A stretch of 63,035 nt of DNA, counting the filler, from Reclinomonas americana ATCC 50394 (lineage: Eukaryota): the NCBI GenBank assembly GCA_048213135.1. It is 16 parts of 16 records of this genome, joined end to end, with 100 filler letters (N's around TTAATTAATTAA, not from the genome) between each part and the next. Parts side by side here need not be neighbours in the genome. Positions count along the whole stretch, not along the records: positions 10,039 to 14,013 come from AFZH01019193.1; positions 14,114 to 15,703 come from AFZH01019195.1; positions 15,804 to 18,216 come from AFZH01019196.1; positions 18,317 to 21,360 come from AFZH01019197.1; positions 21,461 to 23,445 come from AFZH01019198.1; 11 more parts are not named here. One strand, written 5' to 3'. The notes beneath the pieces are model-generated. The model was not told where the DNA came from. It did not search any database and saw only the letters and a list, made by a program, of their open reading frames with translations. Of the stretch, positions 10,513-22,029 are shown piece by piece. A program made the translations under genes and the position numbers. Every line of letters begins with the position of its first letter. The first letter of the stretch is position 1.

Positions 10513-13500
10513 TCACGCCACTGGGGGTGGCGGAGTTAAAATCCACATTGCACCGCTCTGCTCGGCGACCACGATTGGATCTCGGGTGATCGAGTCGGTC
10601 TCCGTGTTGATGGTCCACGAGCTGGAGGGTTCACGTGAGAGCGGAGCCGGCTTCATGTCGACGCGTGGCGACGATTCTGCACTCTTGATGCCGCCGCCGC
10701 TGACGCCACCGCTGCTCAGCAGGCGCGCTGAAGTGTTGACCTTGGTGGTCGTGTCCGCATGCCGCAGTCGTGGCGGAGGTGGAGTCGGCGTCTTCCCCGC
10801 CGATCGCATGCTGTCGACGGCGCTGAGTGAATCACGTGACTCGGACGACTCGTTGTCACTGTCGGCATCGTCGCCACCACCGACGGCTCGAATAAGCGAG
10901 TCGCCATCCCAGGCCATGGGCTTGATCAGCGCACCCGTCGAGTGCACTGTCGCCGCGCGTCTGCGACTCGGCGACTGACTGCGCGTCCGTTTGACCGCAC
11001 CGTCGTCGGCCGGCAGCGCCAGCTCGTCAGGATCCTGCGTCCACATGGCGTCGATGGTGATTGACCGCGAGTGATGTGGGCGGTGATGGCCACCTTCGTT
11101 GAGCTTGGCGCGTGTTCCTTGCGGAAGCAGGCGCGGTCGAGCTGCCGCTGCAATGACGTCTGGCAGCGGCGCCGTGATCGCGGTGCCGTTTCCGCGCGGT
11201 GATCCGCCGGCACTGAGAGAGGTGCGGCGAATACCACTGTCGTCCATGGAGAGCGACGAGGCACTGCGGCGTCGGCGATCGCGCTTCTCTCGCAGCTTCT
11301 GCTGCAACACCGGGAACTGGTTGGGATCGACCATGCGATCCGACGCGCGGCTGCAGTCGGAGAAGGCCGATTCGGAAGGTGCGTGTCGCGCGAGTGGCAA
11401 CAACATGCCAGGTGTCCGTGGCGAGCTGGGTGCACTGAGCGAGTACGCCGGTGACAGTGGCATACTGGCGGCGTAGCCAGGTGGATACAGGCTGCCATGC
11501 ATCGACGGCGAGAAGCGCGAGTTCGACGATGGTGTGATCAGCGGCGAGTCGAGCAGCAAGTCGCGCGACATGATCGACAATGGTGGCGGCGGCTGCGCCT
11601 GCATCTTGGCCGGCATGTGTCGAAGCGACTGCATCTGTTGCTGCTGCTGTTGCATCTGCTGCCACTGCTGCTGTTGTTGTTGCTGCTGCTGCTGCCATTG
11701 CTGTTGTTGTTGTTGTTGCTGTTGCTGCATTTGCCATTGCTGCTGCTGTTGCTGCTGCTGCTGTTGCTGCTGTTGCTGCTGCTGTTGCTGCTGCTGTTGT
11801 TGTTGCTGCCACTGCAGCAGCTGCTGGTGTTGTTGCTGCATCTCCATCTGCTGCGTGTGGCGAAGACTGCCGAACAAGAGCTGGTTGCTGCCGACTGCCG
11901 GCACCATCGGCGACATGAGGTTGGCTGGCACCTGCATGAACGGATCCGTCACTGTCGACAGCGTCTGCGACGGTGGATCGTTCGACCGCATGCTGCGGCT
12001 TGCCGGGAAACCACGCGGACGCGGCGGTGATTTGATCGGGCCGGTCTCTGTGAGTTGGGAGGTGGTTGAGAATCACTGTCTCCCCCAGAACGTGCGGCAG
12101 ACGTGCGCGCTGCGCAACTCGTCTCACTCGTCGTCCGTCGCACACTTTCGTGGGAGTTGTCGAGTATTCCCGTCTCGCCGAGTCGCATGGGCGGCTAATG
12201 CAGCACGATGACGGTGGTGAGTAACACGCACACAAGAGACACAATCAGTCACATTCACACACGCTCTCACCAATGTGTTGTGTCGTCGGCGTCCCTGCGG
12301 CTGCGGTTGCTGTTGTGGTATCGACTGGGTGGGTGCCAACATGCTATCATCAGGCGCACTGAACGTGGGCTGCAACAATCCCGAGTCGTCGTCGGCTGCG
12401 GCGCCGCTGTCGACGAGACCATCCACAACCAGTTCTCCGTCCATGCCAGCAACGCCACTCTCCGAGTCGTCCACCATAAAGTGTGCCGTCGACTGCCCAC
12501 CGTTCTGTTGCTGCTGCTGCTGCAGTTGCTGCTGCTGCAGCTGCGCCTCCTCTCCAGCATTGACAATCACCACACGTCCACTGTTGGAGCGCGACGGACC
12601 GGGGCTGCCTCCTCGGGAGAGTGCACGAAGAATTCCCGTCGGCAGCTTGCTGGTCGACGTCTCGGCACTCGACGCTGCTGTGATGGCGTTGCGGACCGTG
12701 TTAACAAATTGGGTCGCACGCGCCGAGTCGTACCCGGCCGCCGCTGCGGCAGCGCCACCACCCGTACTCAGAACCGATGACGTGACGCTGGCACCGCGCG
12801 GCGAAGTGCTTCGCGAAGCCGACCGCAGATAGTGGCCAATGATGGTGAACGCCACACCGCCGGACGCACTCTGTCGCAGGCTTCCCGACGCCGAGGCCAG
12901 ATCGTCGCCGTCCGCCTGTGTCGCTGGGTCGTCGGCACGGCTCGCGGTGGGCGATGTCTCGTCGAATGAAGCATCGTCGCCACCATCGGGACCGGCAACC
13001 AGCATGGCACGTCGGCGCAGATATCGCTGACGCGTGTTCTTCAAGCGGTCACGCAGCGAGTCGCTGATGGTCTTCCAGTGGTCCACATTGTCGGTGATCA
13101 GTTCGTCACTCGAGAGCTCCGCGGCAACAATGGAATCGTCGAGAGTGTCGTTGAGGTCGACTGGTGCGCCGCCGCCCAGTACAATGTCGTCCACGTGTCC
13201 GTGCAGCCACGGGTGCTCCAACATTTGCTCGAGGGTCAGTCGTGCAGAGCCGTCCTTGACCAGGAGGCTCTTGAGGAAGTCGATGCACAACTCGCTCACC
13301 AGACCCTCGGGGTAGTGCACTCTGTGGGTTTTGTTTGCACACTGTAAGCAACAACTACCGCAGCCGGGAAACGGTCGTGCAGAGTGGGGTTAGACGGCAC
13401 GACACGCAACTCCTTGGTCTTGATTTCGCGATACATGCCGATTTCGCTGTCGGCAAAGAACGGCAGCTTGCCAAAGAGCATGACATACAGCGTGACGCCC

Positions 13501-14013
13501 ATGGCCCACACGTCAGCCGCACGCCCGGGCACCGATTCGCCTTGCAAGGCTTCGGGGGCCACAAACGCCGGCGTGCCCTTGGTCATTCGCATCACGTCGT
13601 TGTCGGCAGTAAAGGTGGAGCTGACACCAAAGTCGCCAATCTTGAGACGATCGTTCGAGTCCACCAGCAGATTCTCCGGCTTGATGTCGCGATGTACAAT
13701 CTTGTTCTCGTGCACTGTCGAATGCGACTGCAAGTCAGAAGCTGAATGCAGCACGGGGACTGCGTGCAGTCAGTCACGCAACAATACATCATGCCCTCGA
13801 TCATGTCAATCATGTACTTGCGAGCTTGCGTCTCGTGCAACGCCGGCTCCTTGGAGTACCCGTTCTTCTCCAAACTCATCACTGCTCCGCGCTCAACATA
13901 CTGCATCGAAAGATAAACAAATAAACAGTGAGACTCGAGCTACTACTACTCCCACGAGCGAGCACGACGACGCACTCACCTCCATCACCATGTACAGCTT
14001 GTGCTTCGACGGA
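10513..14013 (-). CDS. CaMKK/SnAK(GRIK)/Sak1-like Ser/Thr kinase with a long low-complexity, polyQ-containing C-terminal tail; 5'-partial
   Basis: KLYMVMEYVERG, LHENKIVHRDIKPENLL, IGDFGVS, TKGTPAFVAPE, GRAADVWAMGVTLY, LTLEQMLEHPWL; spliced in frame to ORF 10513..11991. Confidence 0.85.
11630..11855 (-). repeat. CAG/CAA coding trinucleotide repeat (polyglutamine punctuated by Trp/Met)
   Basis: (ctg/ttg)n on the + strand; encodes QQQWQQQ...QWQMQQ in the kinase tail. Confidence 0.9.
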
Positions 14014-14113
14014 NNNNNNNNNNNNNNNNNNNNNNNNNNNNNNNNNNNNNNNNNNNNTTAATTAATTAANNNNNNNNNNNNNNNNNNNNNNNNNNNNNNN
14101 NNNNNNNNNNNNN

Positions 14114-16211
14114 TCGTGTGCATCACTTGTGGCGCGACAGACGCGGAGGGGCTCGCCAAACCATTTCCTGCACACCCTCAAACGTCTCGTGCATGAACTC
14201 AAACAACTTGAGGACGACCGTCTGCAAGAATCTCCAGTGTTCCACCAGAAACTCGGGGTACTGGCCCACAACATACATGATGTTGGTGGCCACCACCGCC
14301 TTGTTCTCCTTGCCACGACGCCCCTCGCACAGATGAAGCAAGTCCTTGATCACCGACACCAAGAATCTCTTCTCGGCATCCGGGTCTGCGGGGAAACAAG
14401 GGGCAAGGGTGAGTACTCTCTGATAATTCGATCCAACTGTGGGGCAGGCACACACACCCATGGCTCCACTGATGGCACCCACGGCCCAGCACAAACTGTT
14501 CAAGCTGTCCCAACTCGTGTCGGTGCCAGTCATCTGCCACGCGAACAGGGCGGTTGGTCGACGGCATCAAGAAAGCAAGAGGAAATGAGAGAATGAAACA
14601 CGTACCTGGTGGCCGAGCTTCTCCTCGATGATGGCCACCGTGTCGGCCGAGTCCAAGTGCGTCAGATACACCAGCGTCTCATGCAGCGTCTTGTACCGCT
14701 GAATGGATTCCACATCTTCCAGCTGCTCTCTTACCAACTGGCCAGTGTCGTCCTCCACGAGTCGCACCTGCGATGCCGTCAAATGAGTACGCCACGACGC
14801 GACAGCGGTGGGTGACGACGTGTGACGCAATCAGCACCAAACAACAAACCTCTTCTGGCTTGGCCATGCGAGAGATCAGCAGCATGCGAACGTGAGACAG
14901 CACGGCGGCGTACTTCTGTTTCCGAATGGCACCCGGGTCACGCCCGGCGCCCAGCAGGAGCCCGCGCCCCTGTGACGGACGTGGTGCCGAAGAAGCGTGC
15001 AAGTTGGCCGTCTACGAGAGGAGAGAGAAGCGGGGATGAGACGACCTTCAGCACAGCGTGCAGATGTGTGTGCTTGGGGTGAAACGCACCAAAAACAGCC
15101 AGTACTCGACACACTCCATGAAAATGTCAATGTCATCGATGCTGGTGAGCGACACCATGTACTGGTGACCGGCCACCACCAACTCGACCAACTCGGGCAC
15201 ACTTTCCAGTTGGCCCAGATGTGCTCGGAAGATGGCCGAGAAGAAATGCACCAGGTTGCGCAGGAACTCACGCTCCTCCTCCGTGGCCGACGAATACGCC
15301 GAAGTGTAGTCTGCTCACAAGGAGGACCAACAGTCAACACGTCGACCCCTCACTCTCGTTTCCCGCCCATAAACATGCACACACACACACCGATCGAGGT
15401 CGGCAGGAACTCGAGCAGCTGGCCCACCACGCCAGCGTACAATTGCGCAAACTTGGGGGCATACTCGCCGCCTGGATCTTGGCCGGCGATCTCAATCAGG
15501 CAGATGGTGGTCGGGTTGCGGAAGGACGGGTACATGAAGAACTGCCAGCAAACGCGTAAACAAGCACACACTCAGTGCCGAGCACCACCACGAGGACAAG
15601 TGGCGACTTGACGCGGACCTTGTGAACCAGCTGGTCGATCAGCGTGGTGTCAAAGATGAAGCCCGACGGAATCCACGACAAGAACTGATGCAGCGTGCGC
15701 AACNNNNNNNNNNNNNNNNNNNNNNNNNNNNNNNNNNNNNNNNNNNNTTAATTAATTAANNNNNNNNNNNNNNNNNNNNNNNNNNNNNNNNNNNNNNNNN
15801 NNNGTCGACCACGGTCCACGAGCGCACGTCGTCCTTGAACTCGTTGAGGATTTTCGATGCCGCATCAATCTGTAGTCAAAAAACACAATGAGTTAACCGA
15901 CTCGACGTCTCTCTCTCTTATCATTGGCAGGGGCAGTGCATGCGTGTGTGTGCGCGACAGAGAGAGAGAGTGTGTGTGAGAGAGAGAGAATGTGTTGCGC
16001 GCGCGCGCGCGCACGTCACTGTAGATGAATCGCACACACATAGAGGAAACTCAACATGCGCAGGCACTCCACTGTGCATAGCCGAGCACACATGCTCCAA
16101 CAACGGGATCATCTCGGCACTGCCGGCGCCCGTGTTGACAACAGCCTCCAACATGCCCATGAGCGCCACGCGACACTCCTCCCACGAAGACGGCGCTCCA
16201 ACGTTCGACAT
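14114..16211 (-). CDS. XPO1: Exportin-1/CRM1, N-terminal half, interrupted by the gap at 15704 and truncated at 14114
   Basis: [117 protein letters not shown]. Confidence 0.95.
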
Positions 16212-16730
16212 CAGTGGATTGCGTGTGGGCACCCAGAAGCTGATCTCTACCTCCTCGTCAGCGATGATTTGCGCCACAGACAAGTCGAGCAAAGTGGCAG
16301 TGGACCTTCGTCTGTCGACTGGCTGGATTTTGCAAAATGACTTGGCGAGGGAGCTGCCCTGGACTGTGTAGGCTCATCCTGAAGCTGATACAGTGAGCTG
16401 CGTGATGCCGCTCTTGAATCTGCCTGACATGCTGCCGATGACGAGGAGAAACGAGTTTAGAGTCGGAGATCATGAAATTTCATTTGCAATTGAAGTTGGT
16501 GAGTGCGGGCGAGCGAAGGACACCTGCTTCATCGCTTTGTCGTGCGTGTCTTTCCCCTCCCCCTTCTCTGCGCTCCTGCTCTCTTCATTGCCTGTGCCTG
16601 CGCGTGTGTGTGTGTGTTTGTGTGGTTTATGTCGGGCGAGCATGACCAAAGTGCCTCACACTCACTTCACTCACGCCGCGTGTCGTTGCTCACAGAGAGT
16701 ATCAACACAACCGCAAGCAAGGAACACATC

Positions 16731-17156
16731 ATGTCGACCGTTACCATTCTCTACTGCATGTCCTGGTGCGTGGTGGTTTCCGTCTGCACTGATGCAGTAA
16801 CGTGTGTGTCTCACCTTCTCACCCTTACTTTCTCTCTCTCTTTGTGCCTCCTCTCTGTGCAGAGGTTATGGTGGCCGCTTCGCAGCCGTGAAGCGGGCCA
16901 TCCAAGCCGAGTTTGGCGACTCGGTGGAGGTTGTGGGCAACCCGGCCGGAGCTCCCAAGATGGGCAGCTTTGAGGTCGTTGCTCCCGACGGCACTGTCGT
17001 CTTCTCCAAGCTGTCCTCGGTGCGTGTCCAGAGCAATAGTGAGAGCATCTATCGGGGTGCATCGGAGTTCTGACGGAGCGAGAATCAACACAGGGTCGGT
17101 TCCCCTCGTCCCCCGATGAGGTGATTGTGCCTCTGCGCGAGGCCATTGGCAAGTAA
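16731..17156 (+). CDS. Rdx-family (SelW/SelT/SelH-like) selenoprotein with CxxU motif; exons 16731-16765, 16863-17019, 17094-17156
   Basis: Spliced product MSTVTILYCMS-U-GYGGRFAAVKRAIQAEFGDSVEVVGNPAGAPKMGSFEVVAPDGTVVFSKLSSGRFP...; YCxxUGY, GSFEV and FSKL..GRFP are Rdx hallmarks. UGA = TG(16764-65)|A(16863). Confidence 0.88.
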
Positions 17157-17352
17157 CTCGATTGCCACCCTCGTCGCCGCTCTCTTCTGTTGGTGAGGCC
17201 GCACACAGAGAGAGAGAGAGAGAGTTTGTGTATTGTGGCGCTCATTGTCGGAGTAGGAGGCCTCGGCGAGGGTTTTTCCCCGTTTATTCTGTCTCTCGGC
17301 GGCCTGCTGTGTTTTGTTCAGCCCGTCTCCACTGTGCCCCTGCCGCGCTCTC

Positions 17353-17437
17353 CTCGCATGAAGCCGCTCTCAAAGAAACCGTGAAACATAACGTCCCGTC
17401 ACTGGGACTCGGTGTGAGGCAGCTGATCGATTGGCGA
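17353..17437 (+). promoter_or_regulatory. Candidate SECIS element in the selenoprotein 3' UTR
   Basis: TCGC-ATGAA(17358-62)-GCCGCTCTC-AAA...GTGAGGCAGC-TGAT(17424-27)...GCGA: kink-turn quartet, helix II, unpaired AAA, helix I pairing TCGC/GCGA. Confidence 0.65.
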
Positions 17438-18027
17438 ATGCCGCGTGTGTGTGCGCGCGTCGTGTGTGTGCCGGTGTGTATGGCACGTGGCCACTTGAGA
17501 TACTCGTGTGTCTCGGGTGTGTCGCGTGTTTTTTTCATTGCACGGCATGCATTCGCGCGCGTACTGCGCGCTTTGCTGTGGAGTTCGCGCGGTGGGGGAT
17601 GTGGAGATTTGGTGCTGGAGCATGGCGGCTGCTGGTCGTGAGTAAACAACCATCAGAAACGCAACGTCGGGCGGGGCGGGGGGACGAAGGGCTGTGTGTT
17701 CGTTTTTTCTCTCGAGTCTTACACGCGACGAATGTTGACTATTGAGGACATTGAGCAGGGCGCGAGTGACGCCTGGAACGATGTGCAGCAGGGAGTTGCT
17801 GCCGCTGGTAACGACCTCGGCCACCTGCTGGGCAACCTGTGAAAGAAAAGAGAAGATGTTTGTCTGTTTTTTTGTTGTGAGTAACGTGCGTTGACCCCCT
17901 CCCCCCACTCTCACGTTCACGCAATGTTACAATGTGAGCTGCGGCGAGTGAGTGAGTATGCGTGGGTTGGTGGTGGCTTCGTGCGTAAACACCTCTCGTT
18001 ATGTGTGCGACTGCGAGAAGATTGTGC

Positions 18028-18553
18028 TCACATTTCATTGTTGGTGATTCGCGACCGAACACGCTGCATGAGTCTCCTCATGAAGGTCACGTTGTGTTGC
18101 GTGACCAGCACCTGCGCACAGACAGTGAGTAGGCGAAGAATGAGAGAACAGAGTGCGTGTCGCATTCACCTGCGCTGTGCCCTCCTTGGCCTTGAACAGG
18201 TGATGCAGATACGCTCNNNNNNNNNNNNNNNNNNNNNNNNNNNNNNNNNNNNNNNNNNNNTTAATTAATTAANNNNNNNNNNNNNNNNNNNNNNNNNNNN
18301 NNNNNNNNNNNNNNNNTTGTCAGCGTCTTGATCGCCGCGTTGGTGGCTGCACACACGAGTGAGAAAGTCAGCGTGAAAGGACAGCTTGCAACAGTGCGTG
18401 AGGAGGCAGACCGACAGGCACAAAGTTAGGCGTCTCAATGATCCCATGTGGAGTGTGCACGCGGCCCACACGCGCACGACTGCGACTGCTCTCATGCAAC
18501 ACCTCGAATCGAAAGAAGAGTCGGCGCTGTACTCTCCACACATGTGAGAACAT
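18028..18553 (-). CDS. tgt: Queuine tRNA-ribosyltransferase (TGT), chlamydial-type; middle lost in the gap at 18217
   Basis: N-term [57 protein letters not shown]-term [39 protein letters not shown]. Confidence 0.88.
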
Positions 18554-18610
18554 TTGTGTTTTTTTCGCTCGCAAATTCGTGCGTCTGTGTTTGTGTCTGT
18601 GAGAGAGTGA

Positions 18611-20769
18611 ATGATGGGCGGAGCATCGAGCAGTGATCGACGCACAGGCCGAGGCGAGGTTGAGGAGCGACCGCGACCTCGGAATGTTGGCGTGTTGGCA
18701 CTGGAGGTGTACATTCCGCACACGTATGTGTCACAGAGAGCACTCGGTGAGTGAATGAGTGCGCGTGCTCTCTGTGTCTCTGGCGTGTTCTCACGGTGCT
18801 GGCAGAGAAACACGATGGAGTCTCCGAAGGTCGATACACAGTGGGTCTTGGTGTCACTAATATGGCGTTCTGTGGCGACGATGAGGATGTCATCTCCATG
18901 TCGCTCACTGGTGAGTGAATGAGAGAAGCAGAAGAGTGTGTGTGTTGAGCAGAGACAAGCGAGATGCATGTTATTTTTTCGAGTCTTCTCTTTTCCTATT
19001 CCGGTCTCTGTGGGTGTGCGTACGTGCAAGCGCGTGTGTATATGTCGCGCACGATTGCAGTTGCTGCGTTAATAGTCTGGTGATTGTCTTTTTTTCCCCC
19101 CTCGATGAACAGTGGTGTCGACCCTGTTCGAAAAGTATGGCGTGTCGGCCGGCGATGTGGGTGTGCTGGAGGTCGGCACCGAGTCGCTGCTCGACAAGTC
19201 CAAGTCGGTCAAGACCGAGTTGATGCGCGTGTTTGAGGCCGCGGGCAACTTTGATGTGGGTGGCGCCGACAACCTCAATGCGTGCTACGGTGGCACGGCG
19301 GCGCTGTTTCATGCGGTGCAGTGGGTGGAGAGCAGTGTGTGGGACGGGCGGTATGCGCTGGTGGTGTGTGCGGATGTGGCCACGTATCCGCCAGGCAATG
19401 CGAGGCCGACAGGCGGCTGCGGAGCGTGTGCCATGCTGGTCGGACCCGATGCGCCGCTGGTGTTGGAGCCAGGCACGTCTCGCTCTGATGTCTCTGTCGC
19501 TTCTCCTGCTTCTCACTTCCTCATGCACTCACAGTGCGTTCGTGTTATGCACGCAACGTGTACGACTTTTACAAACCGGAGCCGATGAGTGAGTATCCGA
19601 TCCTCGACGGCCAGCTGACGCTCATCATGTACATGCAAGCGCTGGATTACTGCTACGAGCGTGTGTGTGGGCGGCTGCGAGAGATTGTTGCGTGTGGGGG
19701 ATTGTAGGCCATGTGTGTGGGTGGATGAAGGGTTGTTCACACGCTCTTTCGTGCAGGAAAAGAAGCCCATTGGCACGGCCGACATTGACGTGTTCCTGTT
19801 CCACTGCCCGTTTCTGAAATTGATTCGGAAAGCCACTGGTCGATTGGTGCGCCACCGCCTGTGTATCGCGTGGGAGAGAAGACAGAGTCGGTTACTGAGT
19901 GTCATGGTGGCGTGTGTGTGCGCAGCTGTATCGGGACTGGCGTGCGGGCATGTTGAAGCCGCCGCCGGAACATCCCGTCATCCCCTTGCTGCTCGGAGCT
20001 GCCGTCGAGGAGACGTATGGCAATCGAGAATTCGACACGCTGATGCTGGAGCAGAGGTGTGTGTGTGTGCGCGCCTAACACGTATGTGTGTGCATGCCTC
20101 TCCTCACTGTCGTCTTGCAGCGAATCACTGTACGCGGAAAAAGTGGCGCCGGCCACTCTGCTCAGCCAGGAGGTTGGCAACTCATACACCGCCTCGTTGT
20201 ACATGAGTCTCGGTGCACTCGTGTACAAGTACGGGGAGCAGTTGGTATGTCTGCGCACGCACACACACAACGGGTTGTAGAAGCTGTTCACCCATGCGCT
20301 CTCGCGCGCAACGCAGGCGACCCGTCGCATCGCGCTGTTCTCGTACGGCTCCGGCTTGTGTGCCGCCATGTTCACAATCCGTGCTCGCTCCACGACCTCG
20401 TCCGTGTTCTCGCTGGCCAACATTCAGGAGCAGGCAAGTCACGAGAACGCGACACTTCGGCGGTCTTCTGTCCTCACTTCCGCCCTCTCTCCTCAGTTGT
20501 GCCTGGAGGAACGACTGCGATGTCGAGAGGAGATCGATCCGCGAAGGTACGAGGACGCCATGGCTCTACGCTCGGCAGCATACGGCAAGTGCTCGTACAC
20601 GCCACGGTGGTCAACCGCGGTGAATCCATGCACGGGCGTGTGGTACCTGACCGACATTGACGAACGACATCGGAGATCGTACCGCAGATGTCGCGGAACA
20701 GGTGCCGCCGATCTGCCCGCTCCCGCCCACCTCACAGCGTCCTCAGCAGCCGCAGGCAGTGCTCCCTGA
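18611..20769 (+). CDS. HMGCS: Hydroxymethylglutaryl-CoA synthase (eukaryotic type), 8 introns (two GC-AG)
   Basis: [77 protein letters not shown]. Confidence 0.96.
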
Positions 20770-20816
20770 CATAAAATCGTCCTGCAGTCCCTCTGTCACT
20801 CAATCTGTTTGCAACC

Positions 20817-21360
20817 ATGTCAGGCCGCACACTCGAGGGCAAAGAATCCGTAATGATCCTGCGCGTGCCTCCGCGCCTCAAGAAGCGCATCGATGCGCGC
20901 TTGAGTGAACCACGCGACTTTTACAGAGATGTCTCGCTCCAAATCAATAGTGCGCTGTCAAACCTGCATTCGTGTGTGTGTGTGTGTGTATGTGCGTGTC
21001 TCACGCGCACTCTCTCTCTCTCTCTCTCTCTCATGTCATAGGTGACGACGGACATGCGACATTCGCGTTTGAGGGAGAGCGCTTTGCGGCGCGAGTTGTC
21101 AATCTGCCGGGTGTGGTGGAGACGTACAAGACCTTTGACAGTCGATCATACTACAAGGCGCAAGACATTGGCTCGGTGAATGAGAGTGAAATAGAGAGGG
21201 AGACTGTGCAAGCCAACTCACGGCTTTTGTCGTGCAGATGATGATTGTGAGCGAGGACCCGGAGGAAGTCGAAAAGTTGCCAGTGGACTACCCGGATGGA
21301 CTCACATTCCCGCTGCAAGGCATCCGCTCGCAATGGGATCGCAAGAAGATGAAGGTGCCG
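20817..21360 (+). CDS. TAF7: TFIID subunit TAF7 (TAFII55 N-terminal domain), 3'-truncated by gap
   Basis: MILRVP...ARVVNLPGVVETYKTFDSRSYYKAQDIGSMMIV...YPDGLTFPLQGIR. Confidence 0.88.
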
Positions 21361-22029
21361 NNNNNNNNNNNNNNNNNNNNNNNNNNNNNNNNNNNNNNNN
21401 NNNNTTAATTAATTAANNNNNNNNNNNNNNNNNNNNNNNNNNNNNNNNNNNNNNNNNNNNCATTCAGAGTGTCGCAGGAAGAGGTTTATGTGAGGGCGAG
21501 AGAGTGGGCGCAAAAGTGTGACTTACCATTTGCTCACAACGTGCGCGTTGATGGGGCGATGTCGTCGGCATCCATCAGGTGCCAGTCGCGTCCATCATTG
21601 ATATTATTTTTGGTTTCTTCATGCACGCAGGAAGGCACTGTGCAATTGTGAACGCGGACACAAGGTTGGACAGCGCACAGATTGCGGCGTCGAGGTGCAA
21701 CTTGACTTTCCGCATCGGCCGGACCACAGCGATATCAATGCATGCACGCCTTCTTTTGACGAGTGTACATGCCGTGTGCACCTCGCAGCTCCGCAGAGGC
21801 GTGGAGATGCACACGCGGGTACTGTGCCTGACGTGTTTGGCGCGTTTCAGAATCACCCCAGGATCCCAATTTGGACCAAAATATTATGTAAGGTGACGTC
21901 GAAATCAAATCCGCCAGTGCGGACAGCTTATAAAATCCGACAGTCTGCCCCCACCCAAATCAATTCTCTCATTTTTTCCTGTTCGTGAGCGCAGACAACT
22001 CATCCTTTTTATTTTTTCCTTTACTTTGC

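Noticed and set aside
11497..12211. Poly-Cys, poly-Leu and poly-Ala ORFs on the + strand
   Set aside because: Antisense or alternate-frame shadows of the polyQ repeat.
21461..21990. Short ORFs upstream of the TROVE gene, and a possible associated Y/vault-like RNA
   Set aside because: No recognisable protein motif, Pol III box pattern or convincing terminal stem could be supported by eye.
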